From Octopus sinensis (Eukaryota): 64,000 bases of DNA. The position numbers were made by a program, and so were the translations under genes. The notes beneath the pieces are model-generated. The model worked only from the letters and a program-made list of their open reading frames with translations, did not search any database and was not told where the DNA came from. Shown here piece by piece: positions 40,612 through 53,296 of this stretch; the stretch's first letter is position 1; each line of letters begins with the position of its first letter. The stretch is taken from positions 162,998,001 through 163,062,000 of the forward strand of contig NC_042998.1 in NCBI RefSeq assembly GCF_006345805.1, in the 5' to 3' direction.

Positions 40612-40770
40612 GACAGCATTTTATAACATGTCTGGTGTCTTGGTGCAATCTTTGGGCTGTGCTCACAAGGCATATACAAGCTATCATCTTGTTTTAGTTT
40701 GCATATGCCATGTGAGTATGGCCTGAAGATTACACGAAAGCACCAAACCTGTAATGAAAAATGCTGTGTG
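40612..40770. repeat. Degenerate fold-back; inner 81 nt (40649-40729) form a 35-bp hairpin
   Basis: Base pairing counted by hand; 11-nt loop tcatcttgttt. Confidence 0.8.
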
Positions 40771-40797
40771 TCCCATTAAAATGTGTTCATTAAACAT

Positions 40798-40843
<46 letters not shown>

Positions 40844-41442
40844 CAGAGAGACACAGAGAGACACAGAGAGACACAGAGAGAGATGTCAATATTTGCTGAG
40901 ACATACAGAAAAATTTTAGATGGTCAAAATTTGAACCATGCATCCAAAAGTTTAGAACTTTGCTTCAAGATCTATAAATAGTTACCAGCAATTTATCAGA
41001 GTTAGTACCATTATTATCATTGTCATCTATTGCCCTTATGGCAAATAAAGAAACTATTATTATCACCATCATCATCATCATCATCCCCACCAGCAATATT
41101 ATTGTTATTATTGGTATCATATTTCCTTTCATTTTTTTTCCTTGTTTATTTTATTTTATTATAATTAATATTATTACTTTTTTCGGATTCCCCTTTGCAT
41201 CCATACTCATTGCCTCGAGATGGAGATTACTAATAGTGAATAATTTTCTGGAGAGACTGTTAAGAATTTTCCATTTCATTTGAATAGGTTATATTCGTGT
41301 TTTTAGCCATGAGACATTCTCTGCTCTAACCCTCATGAAATGAATTTCCTCAGATTAATATACAGAGAGCTGTGTCAAAAACAAAAACAACAGTAGTATG
41401 AGGATGATGATGATGATGATGATGATAAAGATTATAATGACA

Positions 41443-41486
<44 letters not shown>

Positions 41487-42432
41487 CTTCATCATCATCA
41501 TCATCATCACCACCACTATCATCACAATTAATAACTTCAACGATAATAATAAATAGATGAAATGACAATTCTTAATGAAACGGAACTCTACTTCTCCATC
41601 CTCTCCTCCTCCTTTTTCTTCTTCTTCATTATACTGTTTTTTATATTGCTTTTATTGTTATTTTTTTCTTTATTGTTCTAATCTTCATACCTTAGTTTTT
41701 CTCACATTTCAATCTGCCTTGTTATATTTATTTTTACACCTGAAGCTATTTGCAAGATTTTTTCAGAATTGAATTTAGTCATACTTTGATCAAGAGAAGA
41801 GATGAGCAAAAAGAAAGAGAGAGAAAATAAGAGAGAAGAAGAGAAAAACAGAGAGAGAGATAAACAACATCAAAAATTTTTATTTCTTTATTGTAAAAAC
41901 TGTGTATATTAAATATGGTTTTAAAGAGTTTCTTCCATAATTTCTTTTAATATTGAAATACATTTGGAAATAAGAAACCAAATAAATAAATTAATGAATA
42001 AATAAATAAATAAATAAACAAATAAATAAATAAATAAATAAATAATGCAAAGGAGAAAATAAAGAAAAAAAGGAAGATAGAAAGAAATTAAATGGTTATA
42101 TATGTCTTTTGGCTGATAATCAGTTATATTTCTTACTTGTATCATTATTGCTTTTATTTTTTATTGTTGAATTTTATTATTTTTTATTTTGTGATTATCT
42201 TATATCTGTACATATGTGTGTATATATATAAATATATATATGCGTGAGTGTGTGTGTGTGTGTGTATGTTATGTATCTGTGTATGTTTAGGTATATATAT
42301 ATATATAAAATCATATATGCAAGATCATACATACATAATTATGTATATATATATGTGTATATATATATATATACACACATACACACTCACATTATATAAA
42401 TGTATGCATACATATACATGTGCACATACATG

Positions 42433-42473
<41 letters not shown>

Positions 42474-43234
42474 TCACACATATATAAATTCTTGAATCAA
42501 AATTGTGTATGGTATGGCGGTGAGTATTTTATGCCATTTATTTTGTTTGGTCCTTTTCACACAGTCCACTCCTTATGTTTATTAACTGAATTCTGGCATA
42601 TATTTCTTCTAATTCCTGAATTAACACCAATGCCATTATTTTAATAAAATGAACTGGGTTTTTTGGGTTTTTTTTTTTAGTTTTTCTTTTTTTGTTCTAT
42701 GTAAAAAGAACAGTTCTTGCCTAATTTTGGTCTTTTCTAACTGAGGAAATCAGAGGAATTATCACTGATATTTCTAGTAGATCCCTGCAGACATTTCTTT
42801 GTTTTGGGGAAAGTTTTTTTTTTTTACCTTTCTGAAACAAGAAAGAAAAACCGTTGCATATTGGAGTGAAAACACACATAAAAACAAAAACAAAAAAAAG
42901 AAAGAGATAGAAAGAGAAAATAACAAAAAAGACATTAAAAATTGTGAATATTTGCATGGATGAATGGCTTTGATGACTCTGATGATAATGATGATGATGA
43001 TGATGATGATGATGATAATGATGAGGTTGATCAGGATGAAAATGATGATGACAATGATGGCTGAAAGTTTTCATCAACATCAGCATCACCCTTACCATCA
43101 TCCTCCTCTCCACCACCACCACTACCATTACCACCACCGTCCTCATCATCACCATCATAACAACTTCTATAGCCACTAAATACCATTACAATAATCACAA
43201 CTATCTATACCATATATTGCCATGACCTGGCCAA

Positions 43235-43480
43235 AATCATCATCATCTTTTAAACAAATTCATTTTTCCATGCTTGCATGGATCAGATGGAATTCATTGA
43301 GGCAGATTTTTTATGACTGATGCCCTTCCTGTCACCAACCCTAACCTGCCTACCACCATATGTCATATTTCCCCACAGCTGGACATGTTTCCATGGAAGA
43401 CTGGAAATGAGTGACACCATTTGTATGACTGATGCTCTATACAACTATCATGTAATGTCCAGGCAAGAAGACACACGATC
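43235..43480 (-). mobile_element. Short element sharing the RTE 3' tail (RTE-dependent SINE-like family)
   Basis: catcatc..ttttccatgcttgcatgg..gaggcagattt..atgcccttcctgtcaccaacc; related copies at ~38575-38700, 47680-47890, 53310-53545; RTE-tail pieces also at 38935-39068, 44810-44955, 48178-48325, 59998-60470, 62195-62255. Confidence 0.65.
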
Positions 43481-44017
43481 CTCTTAATATTTCCCATATC
43501 AGGACATATTTTCAGTGATATTGGTTTATAACTGTCACCCAGTGTCCAAACACATGCACACATTCATACAAACTCACACATAATGAATTTCTTACAGTTA
43601 TAAATTTATAGATCTTTATAACATCAATTCATTTGCATTAAAAAGTTCTTTCATGCTGCTGCTTTCATTTCATACTTATGGTTTTTGAAAGTATAACATT
43701 TGAACTTATAATAAAACAAATATTTTGATTATGTCTTGGATTTTGTTTCATAGTAAGAATTATTTAAAGCATAACACTCAAACTTGTTACATTATGTTAA
43801 AGATTTTGATTATGTCCTTGATTTTATTCCATACATATTTAAATTGTGGTAAGCATAACACTGAAACCTATTTAAAAAGAATACTATTACAGATGATAGT
43901 TAAGGTATTTTAAAGCTGAAACAAGACCACTTTATTTACCTCACTGTCAGACCAATGACAAGAACTTGAAATTTTTAATTCGGCACTCCTCACATCAACT
44001 AAACACGTTGAACACTT

Positions 44018-44424
44018 ACAGTTCTATATTCAAGAGATGAGGAATTATGTACATTATTTACTTTATTTACATTCGACGGATATTTGTCCTCATCTTGTTT
44101 GTTGTTAACACATTTCGCCATACGTTAACCACACGGTAACCACATGTTGTTAACCACTAGGCCATATGCCCACAGGCATATGGCCTAGTGGTTAAGAGCG
44201 CAGGCTACTAACCCCAAGATTCTGAGTTCAATTCCAAGCAGTGACCTGAACACTAATAATAATAATAATAACGTCAAAAAATACCTCAGGAATGAGAACC
44301 CAGGTTTGAAATTTCCCCAAGACACCTGAAGAAGGCTGGAGGGTATATCAGCCGAAACGTGTGATAACAACAAACAAGATGAGGAAAAATATCTGTTGAA
44401 TGTAAATAATGTAAATAATGTATA
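44018..44424 (+). mobile_element. tRNA-headed, hammerhead-bearing non-autonomous element with a 5' inverted segment and 10-bp TSD
   Basis: TSD ttgaacactt (44008-17, 44425-34); A box TGGCCTAGTGG 44181, B box GAGTTCAATTCC 44224; (AAT)n; HHR at 44321-44365; 44019-44117 is an inverted copy of the 3' tail. Confidence 0.85.
44321..44365 (+). ncRNA. Minimal type I hammerhead ribozyme (this copy lacks one nt at the cleavage site)
   Basis: GACAC-CTGAAGA-A-GGCTG(GAGGGTATAT)CAGCC-GAAA-CG-T-GTGAT; the inverted copy reads GTGTT, which restores stem I. Confidence 0.75.
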
Positions 44425-45151
44425 TTGAACACTTGTATGGAATGTTTTATGGACTTGTAGATACTGACATTTACTCTGACTGTCCTTTATATCCTGTAGT
44501 TTATCTTAATTTAGATAGTCATGTAGTTTTACAGTTAATATCTCCCCTTTCCTTTGTTATTTCTCTTTCAGAAATAAGTTTAAGGTAATACCCTTAAATA
44601 GTTCACAAAGTTTATTTATTAATAATATGGCACACAAGTGAATATAATACCTAAACAGTAACAGTTTCCAATTTTGTCACAAGACCAGTAATTTATGAAA
44701 GGCTGGGCAACATTCAGAGAGTTACTTTCTTCGTTGGGGACAACATTCCTCCCCTTCAGAATCAAAGGCAGACTGTATGATATCTGTGTTTAGACACTTT
44801 GTAATTTGGTTGGCTTTAAGAAGGGCATCCCGCCATAGAAACCATGCCAAAGCTGACAATGGAGCCTGGTGCAGCTCCCTGGCTTGCCAGCTCCTGTCAA
44901 ACCTTCCAACCCATGCCAGCATGGAAAACAGACGTTAAATGATGATGATGATGGTGGTGGTGGTGGTGGTGGTTGTGAAATCAATTACAGTAATCTCTGG
45001 GCATGACCAGTTCTTATTTTCTCAACTCTGAAAAGAAGGAAAGGCAGAGTTGACCTTGGTGGAATTTGAACTCAGAACACCAATAAAGGAGTCTCTATGT
45101 CTAGGTTGTCACAGAGTTTGCTAGAAATAACAACCAAATGTCCCTCAGTCA

Positions 45152-45372
45152 TTTAGCATTCAGATTACTCTGTCAAATGTAATGTTTATTTATCTACATT
45201 GTTTCGAATTTATCATGCACTATCTTGTAGCTTTGAGATTTTAATTATATTATTGTTTACTTTTAGAATCACACTGTAAGGTAAGTGTGGGAGGCCAAAT
45301 CTGGCAGGTTTGAACATGAAACAGGTAGAATATTTGAACCAGACATAACTGGTTTAAATGTCAAAGAGTTAA
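45152..45372 (+). mobile_element. piggyBac-like MITE (same family as 11214-11436)
   Basis: tttagcattcagattactc...ggtttaaatgtcaaagagTTAA. Confidence 0.72.
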
Positions 45373-45429
45373 ACTGCACTTTGATGTCTTGGTGAGAAAG
45401 AAAGTGCTATAATGGATATTACCATTGTC

Positions 45430-45828
45430 CAAAAAAAAAACCATATCTGTTATTTTTTGCTTGTTTCACTCATTAGATTGCAGCCATACTGGGAAATCAC
45501 CTTGAAGAATTTTAGTCACAGGAATCAACTCCAGTACTGTTTTTTAATAATCCTGATACTTATTCTATCAGTCTCTTTTACAGAAACCTTAAGCTATGGG
45601 GACATAAACACATCAGCAATAGTTGTTAAGTAGAGATGGGGGACAAACACACACACACATACACACACATATATGATGGGCTTCTTTCAGTTTCCATCCA
45701 CTACATCCACTCACACAGTTTTGGTCAGCCTGAAACTATTGCAGAAGACAATTGTCAAAGGTGCCACACAGTGGGACTGAACCCAGAACTATGTGTTTGG
45801 AGGACAAGCTTCTTACCACACAGTCACA
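45430..45828 (-). mobile_element. SINE family A copy (older)
   Basis: Family consensus, diverged. Confidence 0.78.
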
Positions 45829-47199
45829 ACCATGGATATGGTGATAGCTAGAATGTTTTTTGATCATGGGTCTGTTTAACCCTGACCAGTCTAGATCTAA
45901 GCAATAACATTTGAGTTTTTGTGTTTTTAGATAGGAATCAAAAATGTGATATTGTCACAAAATTTAATATGGTTTGAAAAAAATATATATAAATCAATAA
46001 AACCCAAATTGTTTTTATAGATTTTGTCATCTCTTGCAATTTCAATCACTTTAGTGTGTAATTTACTGTATTAGTACAAATGATGTAGGTGTGATGTCTA
46101 TTATTAAATCATTAGATAGATAGACTGATAGACTATATAATTTATAGTCTATGTAATTTATTGACAATATCATTTATAGACTACGTTAATTTATAGCCTC
46201 ACAACAGACACCACGGATAATGACAGTGAGATAGCATTTCTTTGTCAGTTTATCTATCACTTTGCAAATTTATGTAATTGTTCAGTCAGACAAACAACAC
46301 ATCATTGTGAATATGAGTGTCTGTGTTTGTGTTATACATATGCATCACAGAAAACTTATGAAAGGGTCTTGAGAATAGCCTTAAAATCTGAACTCTAAAG
46401 CAACAGTAATGGGTTATTAGCTACTTGTTGTTGTTGTTGATTATTATGATAGAGGCAGTGGAGATGATGATGATGATAAAAAGGTGACATAATAGGGAAA
46501 GGACGGACTACATAGTTTATTTTAGTTTTTGGTTTTCAGTTCTAAGATCCATAGATTCTTAGGTACAGAATCTTGGACTTGTAAAGGTACTTACAGAAGA
46601 TAGGAGATAGTGCTTTTTTTTTTTTTTTGGAGTGGGAGGAAGTTGGTGAGGGTGAGTTCTCTAGGGTATTACTGATATAATTGAAGTTAGATCACTAAGA
46701 AATCAAGCAGAACTGAACTCCAATCTGAGGAGAATTTAATATTCTGAGTTCCAAATATTGCTTGAATCAGCACTGCCTCTCATCTCTTCAAATTTGGTAA
46801 AATAATTCATTTATGACCAAAGCAAAAGTTAAATATATTTTGGTGAAGTTGGTTATCAAGCCTAATACTTGAGTGGTTCTTATACAGTCAACCCTTGAAG
46901 GATGGAAAGCAAATTTATTTGTTTAATTACTCAAAAATACAAACTTGAAGTACTTAGTTGATCTATTAAAAAGCTCAAAAAATTCAAGACTAGCCACTCA
47001 GTTATTCTACTCAATCACAAATACAAGACACGGTGGGAAGGAATACTACAAGGTATTTTTTTCCTGATGCTTTAATGATTCCGAAGTCCACTAACACATA
47101 TTAATAATAGCATTTAGAATAAAAGTACAAAGTCTGAAGTTTGGGTGTCTGGGGTCAGTTGATAAATTCGATCCCATGATTCCAGTAAGAAGAATACTT

Positions 47200-47530
47200 A
47201 AGAAGAATACTCCACATAATGTGGTTTCAAAGAGTTCAAAGTGACCCAGGCATCAACAGGATCAGTGATGAAATGAGACACAGACTGGAAATAGATCAGA
47301 CATGTCCCCAGACAAAACAAAGAAAGCAGGAGTATGGTGACGCTTAAGTGGAAGCATGAAGGGAAAAGAGCAACAGAGCACTCCAAAACCATGTGACAAA
47401 GAACCTATGACTAGGGGAGGAGACAAACAGTATGGAAAAGCTTGGAAAAGACCAGAACAGTGGCAGAAAACAGAGCTGGCTGGAGAAATCGTGTAGCTGC
47501 CTTATGTGTCTCAAATCATGGTGAGAACTT
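47200..47530 (+). mobile_element. Old RTE-like LINE 3' fragment
   Basis: IRHVPRQ..VTLKWKHEGKRA.. and ..RTVAENRAGWRNRVAALC resemble RTE C-termini. Confidence 0.55.
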
Positions 47531-48037
47531 ACTAACTAATCAATTGGTATTTTATTGGAGAGACAAAGTTGACTTCAGAAAGATTGGTGCTTAAAATGTA
47601 AATACTTGCAACAATTACTGCCTGTTACTTTGTCCCAAACTCTATCAAATCTGCCTGTCAGTTAGTCTACTTGTCATCATCAGCAGTAGCATTGGTTTTA
47701 TGCCCACTTTCCATTTTTGCATTGGTTGGACAGAATACATCGAGGCAGATTTTCTATGTTCAAATGCCCTCCCTCTCAGCAGCTGTTACCTGTTTCCAAG
47801 CAAGATAAAAATTCCCGTAGATGGATATATTTTCATAGAAGATTGCAAATGAAAGATTCTTCTTGTATGATGCCAAACTCATCAAGACAAGGAGATACAT
47901 ACACATATAAACATACATGCACACACACACACACACACATACACACACACGCACATACATACATACATACATACATACATACATACATACATACATACAT
48001 ACATACATACATACATACATACATACATACATACATA

Positions 48038-48154
48038 CAAGGGGTGTATGAAAAGTCTTGAGCCTCAAAAAACATGGTACAAGACTTCTGACGAAGGTAC
48101 AAGGCTTCAAAGCTCAAAGGCCTTGAAGACTCAAAACTTTTCATGCACCCCTCG
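48038..48154. mobile_element. ~117-bp mariner-type MITE inserted at TA in a (TACA)n tract
   Basis: TA-caaggggtgtatgaaaagtcttgag ... ctcaaaacttttcatgcacccctcg-TA. Confidence 0.85.
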
Positions 48155-48698
48155 TACGTACATACATACATACATCCCATTGCTATCATCATTTAACATC
48201 CATGTTCCAAACTGGCATGGATTAGGAGGTTTGACAGGATCCAATGTGTCCAAGGGCTGCATCATGATCCAGGGTCAGCTTTAGCATAGTTTCTGTTGCT
48301 GAATGCTCTTCCTAATGCCAACCATTATGTGTGTACTCATGCACATGCTTGTAATGGTCTTCTTTCAGTTTCTCTCGGCTAAATCCACTCATAAAGTTTT
48401 AGTTGGCCTGGGACTACAAAAGAATACACTTGCTCAAGATGCTATCTTATGGGACTGAAATAAAAACAACATTGTTGGAAAACAAACCTCTTGACTGCAG
48501 TTATGCCTGTTACTGAAAGAAGGAAATTTGATCTGATGTAAAGGTTTTGTTCTAAGAAGCTTGCTTCCCAACTGTATGGTCTTAGGTTCTGTTCCACTGT
48601 GCTGCATCTTGGCTATGCATCTTCTACAATAGCCCCAGACTAACCAAGACCTTGTGAGTGGATCTGGTAGACTGAAACTGAGAGAAGTCTTTTATATA

Positions 48699-48897
48699 CA
48701 CAGTATGGGCCAAAAGTCACAAAAGTGTTTCAATATCTAAGTTGTTAATTTTTTTTTTACAATGGCCTAGCATCATATATATGTATAGGAAATAAATGTA
48801 AGCTAGATGTGAACAATCACAACAAAATTACAAAAGAGCAATTAAAAAGACTTTATTAAAATTACATAACTTTTCATGACTTTTGGCCCACCCTGTG
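48699..48897. mobile_element. ~200-bp Tc1-like MITE
   Basis: TA-cacagtatgggccaaaagtca ... tgacttttggcccaccctgtg-TA. Confidence 0.85.
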
Positions 48898-49018
48898 TAT
48901 ATATGTATGTGTGTATTCTGACATGATGTGATGGTTGAAAATGAGCATCTCTGCCATAGAAGCAAAGTTGTTTATTTCCTGTGTCTTACACCTTTACTTC
49001 ATATTTTTTTGTTTTTGT

Positions 49019-49235
49019 TCAACCCTTTAGCATTCAGATTAAATTGTATCATAATTCTTATTTATTGATATTGTTTTGAATTAATCAGGCATTATCTTGT
49101 ACCTTTGATATTTTGATGATGTGATTGTATATTTCTTCAATGACATTGTATGGTAGGTGTGAGAGACCTAATCTGATTGGTTTGAACATAAAAAAGGTAG
49201 AATATTTTGGCCAGTTTGGGCTGGTTTAAATACTA
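49019..49235 (+). mobile_element. piggyBac-like MITE (third copy)
   Basis: aaccctttagcattcagatt...ggtttaaatacta. Confidence 0.72.
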
Positions 49236-50339
49236 CGATATCAGAACTGCGACTTCTCTTAATGTAACATGTATGTAGTAAATATTACTTGTCAGTCCTT
49301 GTTTGGAATTGAACCTAGGATTTCTCCTTTAGATATAATAGATCAATTTTTTTTATCTATTCATCTACTTATTTTTGTTTACAGCCAAAAAAACATTCAG
49401 ATATATATCAATGTGGTTTAATCAAGTAAGCATGATCAAAATAAATTGTTAAAAAACAAAGTCTAAAAATAATAGCTGAATAAAGAACAATAAAAAATCC
49501 CATAATCTTATTTTGTTCATGTCAGAAAAAAACATTTTTTAATAAAATATAAAATATTATCTTGATTAATAAATAATTTAGAAATACAGATGCAATTTAT
49601 ATCGCAAATGTATGTCAAAATATTTCTTGAAATCCCTCAAGACTTTCAGTTTGTGTAATTGCTTTGAACACATTCTCATCAGCATCTTCTTATTTTCATT
49701 TTTGTGGTTCCAAAACCAGAATTCTTTGTACATAATTGAATGAAGTATTTCACATGTAAATTTGACACAAATTCTCTAATCAAATCCAAATGGTATATCA
49801 TAATACAAATGTAATATATAAAGGAAAGTCCAAATATAAAGAGAAAAAAATTGCCATTTTTGTCTAATGGGTGGATGTTTAAATCCTAGAATTCTTATAT
49901 GACACTGATTTAGCCAATCAGGTGTCAAGATTTTAATTTAGATTCAGAAGAGAATACTCATCGTTTTTAATCAAAACTTATCCTTTTATGTTTGATTGAT
50001 CTGAACAGATGAGAATTTATCCTAAAACTACATGTATTGCATCAGATATGTTCATTTATAAATTTGGATTTTGAGAATTTGCAGGGTAAAGGAGAAAGAA
50101 ATTATATAAAATTTGTTATGGCAAAGATTCTTAGAGATCTACATAGAACTAAACTTAAGACATTTTTTTCATTCATTGTTTTGCTTTTTGTTTCTGTTCT
50201 TTTTTTGTATATATTTTATCTATTACCTGAAGGTATACAGATATGGTTGCATGACTTGCTTTGATGGATGTGTATTGCTGGACCAACTCTACATAAACAG
50301 ATATATATTCATATAAGCATGCATACATGCAAATACACA

Positions 50340-50383
50340 CATACACATATATATATATATATATATACATACATACATATATC

Positions 50384-50415
<32 letters not shown>

Positions 50416-50431
50416 CATATATATATATATG

Positions 50432-50508
<77 letters not shown>

Positions 50509-50675
50509 ATATATACATATGTATGTATATACATATGTATGTTTGTATTATATACATACATATATATATGTTTGTATTATATAGACATTAAATATATATG
50601 TACTTTATATATGTGTGTGTATGTGTATTTATGTATGTGTGTGCGTGTGTATATATATATATATACATACATACA

Positions 50676-50708
<33 letters not shown>

Positions 50709-50709
50709 C

Positions 50710-50751
<42 letters not shown>

Positions 50752-50852
50752 CATATATACATATATATAATAAATACACATATACATATAATAAATGTAC
50801 ACGTACACACACCCTTGACTATCTGAGTGTGTGTGTGTGTGTGTGTGTGTGT
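50340..50852. repeat. Compound TA/GA/TACA/TG microsatellite block
   Basis: Directly visible. Confidence 0.95.
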
Positions 50853-51344
50853 GCACTGTATTAATACAGCTATCAATGAATGAACAGCATTAATCTACTG
50901 AGGCAGAAAGAGTAGCTACTCCATATGGGAAGAATGTTGTTTAAAACACATCAACAATTTTCCCTTTGTACAATTATTGTCTTCTGCTTACAGCTTCAGG
51001 TTATCAAGACTTGTGTTAAATTTCTTGTTGTCAATTCTCTAACTCATTTTTATTGATTGATTGGTTTCATAATCCTAATTCAAAAATAAATATAGGAATA
51101 AATATATAAATTAATAAAATTAATAAATATACAAATTAATAAAATAAAATGTCCCTTCCCAACCTTTGAAAAAAGTAATAAATAAATAAAAAATATTATA
51201 CAATTACATAAAAAAATAAATATATAAAAATATAATTGTAAAAGATCTTATGGATCCTATTTATAACAGCTAATTATATATTGTATGTGTAATTGTATAT
51301 TGTGATTGGCGATAGTATGGGTATGGCTTTGTCTACGTGTCTGC

Positions 51345-51375
<31 letters not shown>

Positions 51376-51377
<2 letters not shown>

Positions 51378-51685
51378 GGAGTGGCTGTGTGGTAAGTAGC
51401 TTGCTTACCAACTATATGGTTCCGGGTTCAGTCCTACTGCATGGCAATTTGGGCAAGTGTCTTTTACTATATGTTTGTGTGTCTGGGTTTGTCCCTCCAA
51501 CATTACTTGACAACCGATGCTGGTGTGTTTACATCTCTGTAACTTAGCGGTTCGGCAAAAGAGACCAATAAAATAAGTATTAGGCTTACAAAGAATAAGT
51601 CCTGGGGTCGATTTGCTCGACTAAAGGTGGTGCTCCAGCATGGCCAGAGTCAAATGACTGAAACAAGTAAAAGAGTAAAAGAGAA
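51376..51685 (+). mobile_element. SINE family A copy with internal deletion
   Basis: Head joined directly to the post-microsatellite body. Confidence 0.87.
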
Positions 51686-51693
51686 TATGTATA

Positions 51694-52092
51694 TCTATAT
51701 ATATAAAAATGAGGTTGTGTGGTGTCTGTCTCCTACGATTTAGATTCCTAACTACTCCCACATTTTGCGGTGCAGTGTAACCAAAAGCGAGTATCTTATA
51801 GTCGTGATTCATATCGAGCCCTTCTGGGTATTAGCGTGCGTCTATGATGAGTCTACGATTTAAAAAAAAATTTACCATAATTTTTCTGCATTTTTAATGC
51901 ATTTTCGCTCGGTTTATATAAGAGAAGTAACTCTCTAAAAATGTATTATTAAATCTCAGAACGTAAAAAGCTACAGTAACACCCACCTTTGTGGTTAGCC
52001 ATATTGAGATGGCTATTATACTTTACATCTCTAAAAATGCTTATATAGTTATTTCCCTTACAAACCCGAGCGACGCCGGGTGATACTGCTAG
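51694..52092 (+). mobile_element. Non-autonomous Helitron (same family as 31439-32074)
   Basis: A|TCtatatat start, hairpin acccgagcgacgccgggt, CTAG|T end. Confidence 0.9.
51944..52028 (+). mobile_element. 85-bp truncated insertion of the 57-kb hammerhead element family inside the Helitron
   Basis: 51971-52028 matches ~57255-57312 and ends at the same ..ttacat; flanked by duplicated ctctaaaaatg; the 5' 27 bp resemble the inverted segment at 56904. Confidence 0.75.
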
Positions 52093-52267
52093 TATATATA
52101 TAAATCACAAGTGTGGCTTTGTGTAAGAAGCTTACTTCCTAATATTTGGTCTTGAGTTCAGCTTCACTGCATGACAGCTTGGGCAAGTTTCTTCTGATAT
52201 ACCCCCTAGTCTGACCAAAGCATCATGAGTGGATTTGGTAGATGGAAAGAAGCTTATTGTGTATATA

Positions 52268-52380
52268 CAAGAATGTTGTTGACAGTGAATTTGAAGTTTC
52301 AGCCAGGTAAGCCATCATTAGACTGTCCGACTATAGCACAGATGGCCAAAACTTAGAAGTCACTGTCAACAACATTCTTG
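52268..52380. mobile_element. 113-bp Tc1/mariner-type MITE
   Basis: TA-caagaatgttgttgacagtga ... tcactgtcaacaacattcttg-TA. Confidence 0.88.
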
Positions 52381-53017
52381 TATTAAGAATTTGTACTCTA
52401 TGTAAGTATAGAGTAGTCCATTTGATTATTGTAAAATTGGTTTTATTATAAACTAGTTTAAAAGCCACATTTTGTGTGGGCTTTTAAGTTGGCTCCTGAG
52501 GAGGGCTAATTGGGCATGTAACCCAAAACTGAAGAGAGCTAAATAGCAAGACTATTATGACTATATGTTCTGGTGGTATTTGATTAGAGGTTAAGGATGG
52601 ATGAGAATTAATTCTGTAATGCAATTATTCTATTGTTCCAGTCTCAAGTTGAATCCGAACTGCTAGCCAGTTACTCCCAAAGTTCTTATCTCAATGTAGA
52701 ATTAACGATGTGAATGTCATTTATCTCCATTTATCTCCCCTTTGATTTCTGACATCATTTGACAAATGCCAACCAAGATGGTATGAACCAGCCAAGCTTA
52801 ACATGCTAGAAAATAGCAACCCAAATACTTTTAAATCAGATCCCAATGCTGGATGTTCAAGAAACAAAACGAAAAGCAGATTTTCGATCCCAGGATCATC
52901 CTGATTCCAAAAAGGTATAAAACATCTATGTCAAGCAAATGTAGACTAAGATATAGGGGTCCCAGATGGACAGACAAAATTTCACTTTATTAATATAGAT
53001 GAAGATATTTTTTTATG

Positions 53018-53296
53018 TGCCCTTTTCAAGCCTAGCCAGGCTCATGGGCCCAGTTTCCCGGTTTCTATGGTGTATGTGTTCCCTCCAGCTGGACAGGACG
53101 CCAGTCCATCGCAGCATTACTCAAGAAACAGGAAGAGAAAGTGAGAGAAAGTTGGGGGGAAAGAGTACAACAGGGGTCACCATCAACCCCTGTTTTTGCT
53201 CAATAAACACACACAACGCCTGGTCAGGGAATCGAAACCACTATCCTCTGACTGCGAGTCCACTGCCCTAACCACTGGGCCATTGTGCCTCCACAG
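53018..53296 (-). mobile_element. SINE family C copy
   Basis: Shares head and tail with 28923-29170; further C-like heads at ~3295-3500(-), 53575-53850, 56137-56420, 60560-60800(-). Confidence 0.82.

Noticed and set aside
40722-40740. CTGAAGA-ttacac-GAAA
   Set aside because: No stem II pairing; the sequence is part of the fold-back arm.
44175-44250. Functional tRNA gene
   Set aside because: Acceptor and T stems do not close as a cloverleaf; this is a SINE-type head, as for families A and C.
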